From Anaerolineae bacterium (lineage in GTDB: Bacteria; Chloroflexota; Anaerolineae; Aggregatilineales; Phototrophicaceae), in assembly GCA_034431675.1 (NCBI GenBank), contig DAOUCZ010000171.1, positions 7,400-71,399 on the forward strand: a DNA stretch of 64,000 nucleotides, read 5' to 3'. Positions 62,522-64,000 of this stretch are shown piece after piece; positions within the stretch are counted from its first letter, which is position 1; each line of letters begins with the position of its first letter. The translations under genes were made by a program, and so were the position numbers. The notes under the pieces were generated by a model, which was not told the DNA's origin, did no database searches, and saw only the letters and a program-made list of their open reading frames with translations.

Positions 62522-64000
62522 TTAGCTGTGGGGTCGATTGATGCGGCGCAGCAGGCGCGCAAGGTACGAGAGACCGGCGATGCCCAGCAGCAGCAGGCCA
62601 AAACCGGTCAGCAGGTCATTGAGTTCAAACACATTCTGGGTATAGGTGGCGGCCTCCGGCGGTGCGGATGGCGTGACGAACGTGCGTGGTATCAGGGTGA
62701 GGGTGGCGGTCGGCGTGGGGGTGGGTGTCGGGGTGCGCGGTGGGCGGACGGTATGGGTTGGGGTTTCGGTGGGCGTGGGGGCAGGGGTAAACGATGAGGT
62801 TGGGGTGAAGGTGAGGGTGATGGTGGGAGTCAGGGTGATGGTGGGGGTGTGGCTGGGGGTTTCGGTGGGCGGCTGATAGAGCGTGATGCCATACACAAAG
62901 CGGGCACGGTCGGTGAACAGCCATGCACTCCACGCTCTGCCCAAGGCATTGAGCGGCGCGCCGGTGCGAGCCTGATAGGCGCTGGCCAGCGTGGTGCTGC
63001 CGGTGGTGGCCAGCGAGAGGGTGTCGTCAAAGCCCATTTGATCGACGATGTAGAGCGTCCAGCCGACGGCTTGCGCTTCCCACAGGGCACGCTGGGCGGG
63101 GTCGGTGGGCGGGGTATCGAGCGAGGTCAGCAAGCTGCCCGATCTTGCCGCGGCAATGGTGGTGTTGTAATCAGGGGTCTTGGGGTTAGGGTCGTATAGG
63201 CGAGCGATGCCATAGCGAAACCATGCCGGCGTATCGGCAGGCCATAGTGTGCTGTAGGAGCGTTCGACCCAGTCGGTTGTGAGGGTATTCAGGGCCGCGC
63301 CAAAGCTGAGTGGGGACAGACGCAGCACGCGGTAGCCCTGTGCGCTGTAGAGGGGGTCAAGGCGTCCGGCGCTGCATGGCAGCATCAGGCCGGTGGCGTT
63401 GGCCAGAATCTGGTTGTCGGGCGGGCAGGGGTCTTGGGCCAGTGCGGTGTCGGGGAAGATGACCTGTTCGCCGGTAATGGTTTGGCCGGTGGCGGCGGTG
63501 AGGCGCTGGCGCAGCGGCTGAAGTGAGCTGAGCAGCGCGGTCGCTGATAGGCGGTTCTGCGGAGTGGCCAATGTCACCCCGTCTTCGGTGGCCACTGACC
63601 ATGGGCTGCGCCCGTCGGCAAAGGGCAGGGTCTGGCGGTAGGCGTTGGGCTGGCCGTTGATGCTGAACTCCCACAACAGCTCGATGGGCTGAAACAGGCG
63701 CGGGGTTGGTGATTCGGGCAGAGACAAGAGGCCCTGAACGATGCTCTGGCGGGTGTTGTCGGGGTCGACGGTGACCTCAAAGGCGGCGCGCTGGCCGGCC
63801 CATCCGGCCTGACTGAGCGTGAGCGAGACGCCAGTCACGGTTTCGGCAGGGGCATTGAGGCGCAGCCGAAAGGCCACCCCATAAGGCAGGAGGTTATCCA
63901 GCTGCGTCTCAATCAGGGCCGGCGGGGTGGTGGGGACGGGTGTGGATTGTGCGGCGGCAGAGCTGCCGTGCGCGATGAGGGCGCAGGCCGCGAACATCAC
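62522..64000 (-). CDS. Secreted hypothetical protein with a Pro/Thr-rich linker and C-terminal TM anchor; extreme 5' end probably beyond the window
   Basis: The ORF is open to the window edge. The visible N-terminus ...MFAACALIAHGSSAAAQ looks like the end of a signal peptide. PT linker PTETPSHTPTITLTPTITLTFTPT...TPTPTPTPT. The tail GFGLLLLGIAGLSYLARLLRRINR is a TM helix plus a basic stop-transfer. Confidence 0.7.
   Translation of the reverse strand: MMFAACALIAHGSSAAAQSTPVPTTPPALIETQLDNLLPYGVAFRLRLNAPAETVTGVSLTLSQAGWAGQRAAFEVTVDPDNTRQSIVQGLLSLPESPTPRLFQPIELLWEFSINGQPNAYRQTLPFADGRSPWSVATEDGVTLATPQNRLSATALLSSLQPLRQRLTAATGQTITGEQVIFPDTALAQDPCPPDNQILANATGLMLPCSAGRLDPLYSAQGYRVLRLSPLSFGAALNTLTTDWVERSYSTLWPADTPAWFRYGIARLYDPNPKTPDYNTTIAAARSGSLLTSLDTPPTDPAQRALWEAQAVGWTLYIVDQMGFDDTLSLATTGSTTLASAYQARTGAPLNALGRAWSAWLFTDRARFVYGITLYQPPTETPSHTPTITLTPTITLTFTPTSSFTPAPTPTETPTHTVRPPRTPTPTPTPTATLTLIPRTFVTPSAPPEAATYTQNVFELNDLLTGFGLLLLGIAGLSYLARLLRRINRPHS

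Noticed and set aside
62691-62875. Repeat-rich tract as a possible CRISPR array or minisatellite
   Set aside because: There is no repeat-spacer periodicity. It lies inside a continuous ORF and simply encodes a Pro/Thr linker, and only one 18-bp unit is duplicated.

Overview
This is a visibly GC-rich bacterial chromosomal segment (GC not computed). The gene content suggests a Chloroflexota-like filamentous bacterium, but that is an unverified inference. I support about 46 protein-coding genes, one tRNA-Gln, one gene remnant, several terminator-type hairpins and one dispersed 84-bp repeat family. I saw no rRNA, CRISPR array, integrase, transposase or phage structural module.

Layout:
- 1-6.7 kb: end of a permease gene, then a Tat-exported molybdopterin oxidoreductase operon in ttrBCA-like order (FeS subunit, NrfD-type anchor, catalytic subunit), followed by an FmdE-like protein.
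- 6.8-12.2 kb: tRNA-Gln, a divergent pair of PP2C phosphatase and atypical Ser/Thr-kinase-like gene, an Erm/KsgA-family methyltransferase, and a 640-aa hypothetical protein.
- 12.2-19.1 kb: a hybrid histidine kinase coupled to an unusual HTH-REC regulator, then a sugar ABC uptake operon (binding protein plus two permeases).
- 19.1-34.9 kb: an accessory-looking cluster, all on the minus strand. In order it holds a 2699-aa FG-GAP/Calx-beta surface protein, a 1242-aa secreted beta-helix protein, three tandem phage-tail-collar (MdpB-like) paralogs, a GNAT, a small coupled ORF and a Tat-signal binding protein.
- 35-40.6 kb: a 677-bp intergenic region carrying a MITE-like element, then RIO kinase, M23 peptidase, CE7 esterase, GNAT and a secreted alpha/beta hydrolase.
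- 40.7-46.4 kb: a NarL-type two-component pair whose kinase has a C-terminal polytopic membrane domain, an upstream polytopic membrane protein, and an orphan protein with DUF4062-like and TIR modules.
- 46.7-64 kb: glyoxylate shunt genes aceB-aceA, a GbsR/MarR-like regulator, a glycosyltransferase remnant, an OmpR-type two-component pair, a PD40 beta-propeller protein, an esterase, PspA with a membrane coiled-coil partner, amylosucrase, a PucR-type regulator, rlmN, and a Pro/Thr-rich anchored protein.

The best candidates for undescribed biology are the collar-triad surface cluster, the orphan multi-TIR protein, the kinase with a C-terminal membrane domain together with its membrane partner, and the ttrBCA-like operon with an FmdE-like accessory gene.

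All family calls rest on motifs read from the translations and recalled family knowledge. No searches were run.
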